Shown: in pieces, positions 1 through 7,169 of the stretch
Position numbering within the stretch: position 1 is the first letter of the stretch
Layout: every line of letters begins with the position of its first letter
Source of the DNA: Thermodesulfovibrionales bacterium
GTDB taxonomy: Bacteria; Nitrospirota; Thermodesulfovibrionia; Thermodesulfovibrionales; SM23-35
Direction: 5' to 3'
NCBI GenBank assembly: GCA_963715195.1
Contig: CAVQRT010000032.1
Coordinates: 1-12,981 of the forward strand
Length of the DNA stretch: 12,981 nucleotides
Position numbers and translations under genes: made by a program
The notes under the pieces: generated by a model
The model's input: only the letters and a program-made list of their open reading frames with translations
What the model was told of the DNA's origin: nothing
Database searches by the model: none

Positions 1-124
1 AAGACGCACCTAAAACCATCCGCATTTCATGTTGAATATATTTGGAATGTTGCATCCTTAAGGTCAGATTATGGTTGCGACTTAGTCTACGATCTATACC
101 TAAATATTTAGTAAATGTTATTTG

Positions 125-1087
125 TCACTCTTTTAAAGTAGCCACTTCTTCACGTAAGATGGATGCAGACCTCAAAAGGGCTTTAAGTTCTTCAGATGAT
201 AGCTTCGCTTCCAAAATACGTTCCACACCTCTTTGGGAGATAATGCATGGAACACTCAAGCTAACATCTGATAAACCATATTCTCCTTCAAGAACAGTTG
301 AAACTGTAAGTACACTTTTTTCATTCCGAAGTATTGCGCCTACAATACGAACAAGAGCGAGACCAACTGCAAAGTATGTCGCACCTTTGTAATCGATGAT
401 GTGATAGGCAGAACTTCTCACAGACTCTTCAATTGCTCGACGTTCTGCATCCCAATTACTACACTTTCTACATATCTGGCAATATTCATCAATCGCTATC
501 CCTGCAAGGTGAGTCATAGACCAAGCTGCAAATTCACTGTCGCCATGTTCTCCAAGGATGTATGCATGAACATTGTGGACATCTATGCCACACTTTTCGC
601 TTAAACGATAGCGAAATCGTGAACTATCTAGTACTGTACCTGAACCAAAGATACGCCCTCTCGGCCAACCTGTGCGCCTATGAGCAATGTAGGTGAGAAC
701 ATCAACAGGGTTACTCACAACCACTATCACTGCTTGTGAATGCTGACCAACGATTTCATCAACAATGCTGTCGATGATTGTTTTATTCTTTTGAAGAAGA
801 TCAAGGCGTGATTTACCACTAGTCTGCATTTTAGCTCCTGCAGTAATCACGATTACAGTGGCATCTGCAAAGTCGCTGCTAGATCCTTCACGGATCTTAA
901 CGGAAGGGAAAAACGGTACCCCATGTGTCAGATCAAGCACCTGCCCTTTGACTAGCTCACGATTCATATCGGTAAGGACAATTTCATCTGATAGGCCATG
1001 TTGTGCAAGTGCATAGGCAAATGTGGACCCTACAGCACCTGCTCCAACGATAACTACTTTTCTGGCTGTCCATTGTTCATTAATCAT
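125..1087 (-). CDS. ldh: L-lactate dehydrogenase (NAD-dependent, probably the FBP-activated type)
   Basis: Rossmann motif IVGAGAVG; VVSNPVDVLT; GSGTVLDSSRFR (substrate-binding Arg); catalytic LGEHGDSE; Gln in the substrate loop six residues before the Arg of SRLDL, which indicates LDH rather than MDH; SD GAGGGGG upstream of ATG 1087. Confidence 0.93.
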   Translation of the reverse strand: MINEQWTARKVVIVGAGAVGSTFAYALAQHGLSDEIVLTDMNRELVKGQVLDLTHGVPFFPSVKIREGSSSDFADATVIVITAGAKMQTSGKSRLDLLQKNKTIIDSIVDEIVGQHSQAVIVVVSNPVDVLTYIAHRRTGWPRGRIFGSGTVLDSSRFRYRLSEKCGIDVHNVHAYILGEHGDSEFAAWSMTHLAGIAIDEYCQICRKCSNWDAERRAIEESVRSSAYHIIDYKGATYFAVGLALVRIVGAILRNEKSVLTVSTVLEGEYGLSDVSLSVPCIISQRGVERILEAKLSSEELKALLRSASILREEVATLKE

Positions 1088-1099
1088 AGTTTTTCCCCC

Positions 1100-1165
1100 T
1101 CAGTTATTTTTATTGTAGCAAAGACTCCCTATATCTTCATCTTCATATGGAGTCAGTGTATACAT
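1100..1165 (-). CDS. Candidate 21-aa small ORF upstream of ldh (MYTLTPYEDEDIGSLCYNKNN)
   Basis: SD-like AAGGGAG 8 nt before ATG 1165; the TGA stop (1100-1102) overlaps the ldh SD. No homology recognised. Confidence 0.25.
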   Translation of the reverse strand: MYTLTPYEDEDIGSLCYNKNN

Positions 1166-1311
1166 CGGTTTCTCTCCCTTTATCAGACCGCGGAGATGTT
1201 AGTAGTTCTATATCGCTGAGCGTAAACCCTCCGGGCAACTCATAAGGGATATCTCTCTTGCAGGAAAGATGGTTGCCTCCGTGCCACTAATATGGGATAT
1301 TAACTGTAATC

Positions 1312-1345
1312 AAAATAAAAAGGGCGAGATGTTAAACTCGCCCTT
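1312..1345 (-). terminator. Rho-independent terminator downstream of the OmpA-domain gene
   Basis: 9-bp inverted repeat AAGGGCGAG (1320-1328) / CTCGCCCTT (1337-1345), followed on the minus strand by TTTATTTT; starts 22 nt after the stop at 1368. Confidence 0.85.
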
Positions 1346-1367
1346 GACCTGTTTATTGATAAACGCT

Positions 1368-2546
1368 TTATCGCTTCATCTTCTCAGCACTTACTCCTTC
1401 ATCTAAAATAATAATTTCCACACGGCGATTTTGCTGTCTACCAGCAGGTGTTTTGTTGCTTGCTATGGGGAACTGTTCACCGTAACCCTTTGTAGTAATC
1501 CTTTCGGCACCAATACTCCTTGTGTTTAAGAAATCCCGAACAGCATCTGCACGCTGTTGTGAAAGACCCAAATTGTAAGTTTCAGTGCCGACGCTGTCAG
1601 TAAAGCCTTCAATTAAAACATTACGCTTTGGGTACTTCTTCAAAAAATCAGCAAGGATATCCATGGAACGCACAGCGCCTGACATTAAATGAGCTTTTCC
1701 GGTTTCAAATAGTATGTCTCCTAAGGTGAGGACGATACCTTTTTCAGTTTGTTTGGCTTTTAATTCCGAAAGTTCACTTTCTATTTGTTTTCTCTGTGCT
1801 ATGGCTTCCTGTTCTTTTGTACGAGCCAGTTCTGTTTCAAGCCTTTTGGCTTCAGCTTCCTTTTTAGCTTTCTCAAGTTCCAATGTCCTCGCCTCGGCTT
1901 CCTTCTTCAAGCTTTCCGCTTCTAATGCTTTTGCCTCAGCCTCCTTCTTCAATTTTTCAGCTTCTAGTGCTTTTGCCTCGGCTTGTCCTCTTGCCTGCTG
2001 AATCTCAAGCGCTCTTGCTTCAGCTTCCTTCCTGGCCTTATCCGCTTGCTGGGCTAATGCTTGGGCTTCTCCTTTCGCTCTCTCGATCTCACGTATTTTT
2101 TCCTCGGTTTCCTTCTTTGCACGCTCGGCTTCAAGTGTCTTTGCCTCAGCTAAGCTTAGTGCCCTCTTTGTTTCAAGTTCACGAGCCTGCAATACTAACT
2201 TGTCCTTTGTTTTGATCAGCTCTTCTCTTTCCTGTTCGGCAATCTTTTTGTCTGCTTCTGCAATTGCAAGCTGGGAGATTCTCTCTGCCCGAAAGGAAAG
2301 GTAATTCATTTCCTCAACGTTTTTTGCCTGCTCGGCCATTTTCAATGCTTGTTCAGCCTCATACATAGTAACGGGAGCGTTTTCCTTTACCTCAGGATTT
2401 GCTGCAGCTTGTTCATAAGCTGCACGGGCACGGTCTAAAGCTGGATTTTCAGGTATCGTTGCACACCCTATCGCTAATAATATGACTGAAAGAAGAATTG
2501 ATATGCCGAGACTCTTTCTATGATAATTCTTTGACAGCTTTCTCAT
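1368..2546 (-). CDS. OmpA-family peptidoglycan-binding lipoprotein with an N-terminal DUF4398-like domain and a long coiled-coil stalk
   Basis: Lipobox LAIG-C; C-terminal OmpA-like domain (LGDILFETGKA, IEGFTDSVG...YNLGLSQQRA, GYGEQFPIASN...GRQQNRRVEI). Start moved to ATG 2546 because SD AGGGGG lies 8 nt upstream; ATG 2570, which overlaps the previous stop as ATGA, remains an alternative. Confidence 0.9.
   Translation of the reverse strand: MRKLSKNYHRKSLGISILLSVILLAIGCATIPENPALDRARAAYEQAAANPEVKENAPVTMYEAEQALKMAEQAKNVEEMNYLSFRAERISQLAIAEADKKIAEQEREELIKTKDKLVLQARELETKRALSLAEAKTLEAERAKKETEEKIREIERAKGEAQALAQQADKARKEAEARALEIQQARGQAEAKALEAEKLKKEAEAKALEAESLKKEAEARTLELEKAKKEAEAKRLETELARTKEQEAIAQRKQIESELSELKAKQTEKGIVLTLGDILFETGKAHLMSGAVRSMDILADFLKKYPKRNVLIEGFTDSVGTETYNLGLSQQRADAVRDFLNTRSIGAERITTKGYGEQFPIASNKTPAGRQQNRRVEIIILDEGVSAEKMKR
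1815..2150 (-). repeat. Eight tandem 14-aa (42-bp) repeats, consensus AEAKALEAEKxKKE, inside the OmpA lipoprotein
   Basis: Units read from the translation: AEAKTLEAERAKKE / TEEKIREIERAKGE / AQALAQQADKARKE / AEARALEIQQARGQ / AEAKALEAEKLKKE / AEAKALEAESLKKE / AEARTLELEKAKKE / AEAKRLETELARTK. Confidence 0.85.
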
Positions 2547-2566
2547 GGCATTTTCCCCCTCTCTTT

Positions 2567-2959
2567 TCATTGACCACGTTGTTGCGACCGCTCAATCTCT
2601 TGACGCAATGTCTCAATAGTATTGCGCAACTCTTGAGTGGTTTTCTTGGCTTCTTCCGACCGTGATTTGGCTTCAGCGAGTTTTGCATCTAACAGCGCCT
2701 CGTTTGCCAGTTGCAGAGCTTCCTCATACTCTTCTGCTTGCAGCGCTGTTCTGGCCTGACTGAGTTTGTCTGTTGCAAATTTCAGTTCGAGAGGCGCATA
2801 CACAGCAGCGTCACTCTCTTCTGCCTCCTTAATAGCCATTTGTGCATTCGAAATGTCTTCGATTGGTGCAACCTTTGCGGCACAACCAACCATAAGTAAA
2901 ATGGTCACTGCAACCAACATACTAAATACTACACGGACTCTTGCCTCCTGTGCTATCAT
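2567..2959 (-). CDS. DUF4398-domain lipoprotein
   Basis: Lipobox LMVG-C; AQMAIKEA...AAVYAPLELKFATDKLSQA...EALLDAKLAEAKS pattern typical of DUF4398; usual position directly upstream of a DUF4398-OmpA gene; SD AGGAGG. Confidence 0.85.
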   Translation of the reverse strand: MIAQEARVRVVFSMLVAVTILLMVGCAAKVAPIEDISNAQMAIKEAEESDAAVYAPLELKFATDKLSQARTALQAEEYEEALQLANEALLDAKLAEAKSRSEEAKKTTQELRNTIETLRQEIERSQQRGQ

Positions 2960-3053
2960 CTCGTCCCTCCTTTCTTTGATAGTACGATTTTAGTTCCTAA
3001 CAAAAAACTTCTCTTAACAATTTTATTTTTGCGCTTATCAACCCCCCTTGTTT

Positions 3054-3076
3054 TGAGCTCATAATGAATGAGCTCA
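3054..3076. repeat. Tandem palindromes TGAGCTCA-N7-TGAGCTCA in an intergenic region (possible hairpin or protein-binding site)
   Basis: TGAGCTCAT (3054-3062) and ATGAGCTCA (3068-3076) are inverted repeats, and each contains the self-palindromic octamer. Confidence 0.5.
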
Positions 3077-3132
3077 TCAAAATATTATAAGCTTATGGTG
3101 TTTGTTCTGTCTCCATGTGCAAAAACGAAAAG

Positions 3133-3561
3133 TTACTCAACCTTAAAAGAAACTGATTGAACTGAGTTTCCTGCAGCGTCTTTTATCTCCACCTTCCAGT
3201 TCCCGGTCTTCCCATATAAGTTCTTGTATGCGAACGTCCTCCACCTTGGGCCTTGCATAAGTGGAAGAGTAAATGTACGCATTTCCTGCCCTTCATGATA
3301 CCAGACAACGGTAGCCTCTGTGTCCTCTGAAATATTCGTGGCTTCTATGAAACAATACACCTTCTCTGTTGATGCGGGGAATGTCTCTTCAACTCCAACG
3401 GGTTCTCTGTCTTGCACATTTTCAGCAACAACCATTGTTGATATACTGAATAACTGAACTCCCTTTTCAGCTTGCTCCTGCCCTATAGCAGGAGAAGTTA
3501 TCCCGAGTGATGCAATGACAGCAAAAGATAAGATAATCACCAAAATCATCCTGTTTTTCAT
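3133..3561 (-). CDS. Exported DUF2914-domain protein
   Basis: Signal peptide; V.DREPVG...F......VYCF, VVWYHEG, PRWRTFAYK, GNWKVEIKD pattern resembling DUF2914; SD AAGGAGG. Confidence 0.8.
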   Translation of the reverse strand: MKNRMILVIILSFAVIASLGITSPAIGQEQAEKGVQLFSISTMVVAENVQDREPVGVEETFPASTEKVYCFIEATNISEDTEATVVWYHEGQEMRTFTLPLMQGPRWRTFAYKNLYGKTGNWKVEIKDAAGNSVQSVSFKVE

Positions 3562-3658
3562 TGTCTTCCTCCTTATTTTGTATTTGTTAAAATTGTCATT
3601 ATTTCAAGCATTAAACATCAATGTGGAGTTATCCCATCTACTATTGTCATTGAGCTTG

Positions 3659-5158
3659 TTACGTCTTTTTCGATTTTATCGATTTTACCCATTCTTCAAT
3701 TTCACGTGCGGCAGTTTCACGTCCTCCCAATCCAAGAGCTATTGCAGCTGCAATTGCAACTGCCCCGAACATTATTCCAAAAGCTAAGTTAATAATGTCA
3801 TTTGCCAGACCCATCTGTCTCAATGACATTGCACCCGCCAAAACAAGAATAGCAATGCGTGCTGACAGAGCTAAAAGCTTGGCTTGAGCTGTATTCGAGG
3901 TGAGGATTGCTTTTCCAACCAAATTTGCAAGAAAAAGTCCTATGGTAAAGATAATGAGTCCCAAGATGATATGTCCGGAGAGAAAGATAAACTCTGAAAT
4001 AAGAGTCGATAGTTGTTCAAACCCCAGCTGGTTAGATGCTTCCATGAATGCAAAAAGCAAAATGCCCAACAGGACTAAATACCCAACAATTGCTGATGGT
4101 GTCATCTTTCCTTCGGTAACCTCTTTGCCAATGCCTAATTTTGCGAGAATTGCATTAAAGCCAATTCCGGAGAGAAGATTTGACACTAGATTGGAAACGA
4201 GCCGACCGATTATGTACGAAAGAACCAGAATCAAGCCTGCGACAAAGATATCCGGGATTGCTGTAGTGATCATTTCGAGCATTTTACTGGCTGGTTGCGT
4301 AAGTGCATCCAATTGGAGAGCGTTGAGAGCGGCAACCAGAACAGGGATAAGAATCAGCACGTATATGATGAGACCTATAATGTTAGAGAGAGATTGTTTC
4401 CCAAGCATAGACGTTAGTCCCACACGTTCACTCAGTTTTTCAGTGCCGATGGAGTCAAGTAACTTAGTTACGATCTTCTGGATTATTCGAGCAACGAACC
4501 ATCCAGCAAGAAGAATCACGGCTGCAGTTATCAGATTAGGAAGAAAATCAAGAACCTTATTGAGCATTACTTGAACTGGACTCAGAAGTCCATATAACCC
4601 TAAGGTGCTCAATATCGCGGGAAAGAAGAGCAAAAAGACCAACCAGTAGACTGCATCTGATAAGGTCTTTGTCAGGGGGAATTTTTCCTTCTCTATTGCA
4701 GCTTTGTCCGAAAGACGTTCATCGAGTTTGGTTGCACTTAACAGTCTTCTGACCAATAGTTTCATCACTCTCGCTACCACCCACGCAATGAGAATTAACA
4801 CTACAGCCCCAATCAACTGAGGAACAAATACGAACAATCTGTTCAGAAGATTGTTGAGAGGCTCCGTGATAAGTGTAATGCCCAGTGTCTGGAAGAATGC
4901 AATTAACACAAAAAGCATGAGGATAAAGAACACACCCTTTGAGATACCTTTTTCGACATTCATAGCTTGGGCTTTTTCCTCACCAGTTATCCATTGAGCG
5001 ATGCGATTGTCTATTGTTGTGCGCTGGAGTAAACTCCGGACGACTGCTGTAATCACGAGAGCGATAAAGCATCCAACTATGAGCACTGCCACAGCACCAA
5101 CGAGTTGAGGAACGTAAGACCCCGTCAGTTGCACTATTTGTTGAACGAAAGCTTCCAT
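3659..5158 (-). CDS. CmpX-like polytopic membrane protein related to mechanosensitive channels, with five conserved TM-helix repeats
   Basis: Repeats start YVPQLVGA, FVPQLIGA, FLPNLITA, AIPDIFVA, LSGHIILG; C-terminal AIALGLGGRETAA motif as in CmpX-type proteins; highly hydrophobic; SD AAGGGGG. Confidence 0.85.
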   Translation of the reverse strand: MEAFVQQIVQLTGSYVPQLVGAVAVLIVGCFIALVITAVVRSLLQRTTIDNRIAQWITGEEKAQAMNVEKGISKGVFFILMLFVLIAFFQTLGITLITEPLNNLLNRLFVFVPQLIGAVVLILIAWVVARVMKLLVRRLLSATKLDERLSDKAAIEKEKFPLTKTLSDAVYWLVFLLFFPAILSTLGLYGLLSPVQVMLNKVLDFLPNLITAAVILLAGWFVARIIQKIVTKLLDSIGTEKLSERVGLTSMLGKQSLSNIIGLIIYVLILIPVLVAALNALQLDALTQPASKMLEMITTAIPDIFVAGLILVLSYIIGRLVSNLVSNLLSGIGFNAILAKLGIGKEVTEGKMTPSAIVGYLVLLGILLFAFMEASNQLGFEQLSTLISEFIFLSGHIILGLIIFTIGLFLANLVGKAILTSNTAQAKLLALSARIAILVLAGAMSLRQMGLANDIINLAFGIMFGAVAIAAAIALGLGGRETAAREIEEWVKSIKSKKT

Positions 5159-5348
5159 ACTATCCCCCTTTCTTTGCCGATGATGCTTGTGTATCCCCTA
5201 GAAGCACCATACGTTAATATGTCTTCTGTTAATTACTGCAAATAACTCACAGCCCGATACTGTGATGATCGATGCGGAGTATTTACAGGCAGCACCTCTT
5301 TCAAAGTTTGCATTTTCTTCATCTTTTGAAACCCTGGCCCATTGTACA

Positions 5349-5822
5349 TTATGCAATTTGGAACTTAGTAAGTGAGGCAAGAACGTTCCCCTTATCGATA
5401 TCTGGAACAATTTTTAACTCAAGCACTCTCACACCATGGAGGTCAACAGCATAATCCTCAATTTCACGGAGAGTTTCAGGTGGGCTAAATGTATACTGTT
5501 GGCGTACAATTTCCTGGTAAGACTTTCCTTCGTTTGCTGAGCAGCGAAGGACAAATTCATGCGTGCGTTTTTGTGTTTCTTCATCAAACTGTAGACGGAT
5601 GCGTCGTATATTCTGTGGTTCATCAAAAAGAATGCGGATTGTTTGCTTCCCGGGTTGAGATGCTTTCCAGCCCGGACTATCTCCAAAAGTTAGTGCTGAT
5701 TCGATTGGGTACGCTGGATCTTCAGAGGTGATTTCGACCTGTGCAAGGTGCTTTAAATCTAACCATTGTTGATCAGCAGGAGGGATATCATGAGAACCTT
5801 GGGTAATAATTCTTTTCCGCAT
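5349..5822 (-). CDS. Hypothetical cytoplasmic protein with a probable galactose-binding-like (discoidin/APC10-type) beta-sandwich
   Basis: TSED..YPIESAL...GWKAS.PGKQTIRILFDEPQ.I..I.L pattern. ATG 5822 chosen over TTG 5825 because SD AAGGAG lies 6 nt upstream. Confidence 0.65.
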   Translation of the reverse strand: MRKRIITQGSHDIPPADQQWLDLKHLAQVEITSEDPAYPIESALTFGDSPGWKASQPGKQTIRILFDEPQNIRRIRLQFDEETQKRTHEFVLRCSANEGKSYQEIVRQQYTFSPPETLREIEDYAVDLHGVRVLELKIVPDIDKGNVLASLTKFQIA

Positions 5823-5860
5823 CAATATCTCCTTTGATTTCTCTATGGCCTATAGTTACA

Positions 5861-5896
5861 GAGCCTGCAGTATGATTCAAATATTACTACAGGCTC
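5861..5896 (-). repeat. Intergenic stem-loop GAGCCTG...CAGGCTC (copy 1)
   Basis: 12-bp stem with one G-U pair in the minus-strand RNA, GAGCCUGUAGUA / UACUGCAGGCUC; no U-tract directly after it. Confidence 0.65.
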
Positions 5897-5919
5897 CTCT
5901 GATAACGCAGTTCTTACGG

Positions 5920-6468
5920 TTATTTTTTGAATGGTGTTTTCAATATATCTACGGAACCATCAATGACTCCCTTAAGGGCATCTTTTACTGCATTTCCTGC
6001 ACCGCTTCCAATTTTTTCAGCTGCTTCAATTGCCCCTTCCGCAGTCGCTTTTGTTGCAGCAGTTACATCGCCGCCAACTTCCTTGACTCCCTGGACTGCG
6101 CCCCTTACTGCATTATAGGCTACCTCGACGACGCCAGTTCCGATTTCATTTGCCCCTGCAACGGTACCCATTACCGCATTCTTTGCCGCACCGACTACAT
6201 CGGTGGTGGTCTCTGAGGCAGCCTTCACCACACCTCGGACTGTACTAGATACTGCATCAGATGTTGCTACCCCTATCTCCTTTGTACCTCTTAATGTCCC
6301 TATAATGGCATCTTTCGCAATGGAGGCCACTTCGCCCACGACATCCTTGACCCCTCGAAGGGCACCAATGATAACATCTTTTACGGTATTTTCCAGTTCA
6401 ACTCCGATCTCTTTCGTACCCCTCAACGTTGTAATTATCGTGTTCTTCAACGGTTCAATTATGTTCAT
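5920..6468 (-). CDS. Hypothetical protein built from eight tandem 22-aa amphipathic repeats
   Basis: Gap-free 22-residue periodicity over 175 aa (last unit 21 aa); rich in Gly/Ala/Val/Thr/Lys; no signal peptide; SD AAAGGAG 7 nt before ATG 6468. Confidence 0.85.
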   Translation of the reverse strand: MNIIEPLKNTIITTLRGTKEIGVELENTVKDVIIGALRGVKDVVGEVASIAKDAIIGTLRGTKEIGVATSDAVSSTVRGVVKAASETTTDVVGAAKNAVMGTVAGANEIGTGVVEVAYNAVRGAVQGVKEVGGDVTAATKATAEGAIEAAEKIGSGAGNAVKDALKGVIDGSVDILKTPFKK

Positions 6469-6507
6469 CACAATTCTCCTTTCTTATGGTTTATGGAAAA
6501 GGAGGGT

Positions 6508-6534
6508 GGAGCCTGTGTTGAGATAACAGGCTCC
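6508..6534 (-). repeat. Intergenic stem-loop GGAGCCTGT...ACAGGCTCC (copy 2)
   Basis: Perfect 9-bp inverted repeat, 6508-6516 / 6526-6534, with a 9-nt loop. Confidence 0.65.
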
Positions 6535-6598
6535 TTGTACGCAAGTTTCTGGCATGACTTGCGATCCCAACGTCTAAAACAGGTCTATGGTTATGTTC

Positions 6599-7147
6599 TT
6601 ACCACAGAAAACCTAAACCTACTGTGACCACATGATTGCCATGACTGGTGTCAGAAACATCTCCAAGATCAAAATTGTCAAAGAACCATTCATAGCGGTA
6701 CCGAGTTAGGACAAAGGTCTTATCATTCAAATACGTTTTGAAGCCTATACTTGGGCCAGCTGCTCCAGTTGTATTGTTCTCGTTGTAAATTGCTCCAACA
6801 AATGCACCGAGGAATGGCTGGAACGAGTCATTCATGGCTAATCCGAGAAAATGGTAGGTTACGAAGGGTATAGTCGAAGCACTCCAGGTATCATCTGCAC
6901 CGTCGACGATATTGTAGTTTAATGTCTGTGCTATACCAATTTCCCAGGCCCTTGTCAGATAGTACCCGTATCCAACGTCGAGGGTTGCTGTACCGACATC
7001 GGTACCTTGTGACTTGAAGAAGCCACCTGAAAGTTGAATCTCGTTGTCTCCAACAGATTGCGCACTATAACTATTCACGGTAAAGCAGGCAATAAGGAGA
7101 CATATGCCTATTATTACGGACAGCCTTTTTGAAAAACCCTTTTTCAT
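6599..7147 (-). CDS. Small outer-membrane beta-barrel protein (probably 8-stranded)
   Basis: Signal peptide; alternating beta-strand patterns (LDVGYGYYL, FQPFLGAFVG, LTRYRYEWF); C-terminal VTVGLGFLW ending in an aromatic residue (BAM signal); SD GAGGAG. Confidence 0.8.
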   Translation of the reverse strand: MKKGFSKRLSVIIGICLLIACFTVNSYSAQSVGDNEIQLSGGFFKSQGTDVGTATLDVGYGYYLTRAWEIGIAQTLNYNIVDGADDTWSASTIPFVTYHFLGLAMNDSFQPFLGAFVGAIYNENNTTGAAGPSIGFKTYLNDKTFVLTRYRYEWFFDNFDLGDVSDTSHGNHVVTVGLGFLW

Positions 7148-7169
7148 TCTTTATTCTCCTCTCTTAAAA

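Noticed and set aside
1..55. Minus-strand frame open from ATG 55 to the window edge (MQHSKYIQHEMRMVLGAS...)
   Set aside because: Too short to judge and no properly spaced SD; needs flanking sequence.
461..481. CxxCxxC in LDH as a novel Fe-S motif
   Set aside because: From memory, similar Cys clusters occur at this position in LDHs of anaerobes such as Thermotoga; nothing here supports a cluster.
42..1219. + strand ORFs 42-392, 401-604 and 998-1219
   Set aside because: Antisense to ldh, with no recognisable protein features.
1272..1286. TGGCACG (minus strand) as a sigma-54 promoter for ldh
   Set aside because: No TTGC -12 element at the required spacing.
1714..2215. + strand ORFs 1714-2001 and 1883-2215
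   Set aside because: Low-complexity antisense read-outs of the Glu/Ala/Lys repeat stalk.
3900..4574. 224-aa + strand ORF
   Set aside because: Antisense shadow of the well-supported CmpX-like gene; no SD or recognisable motifs.
5845..6526. + strand ORFs opposite the 22-aa-repeat gene, including a Cys-rich 123-aa ORF
   Set aside because: The Cys richness arises from reading Ala/Thr codons antisense; the minus-strand gene has the SD and the clean periodicity.
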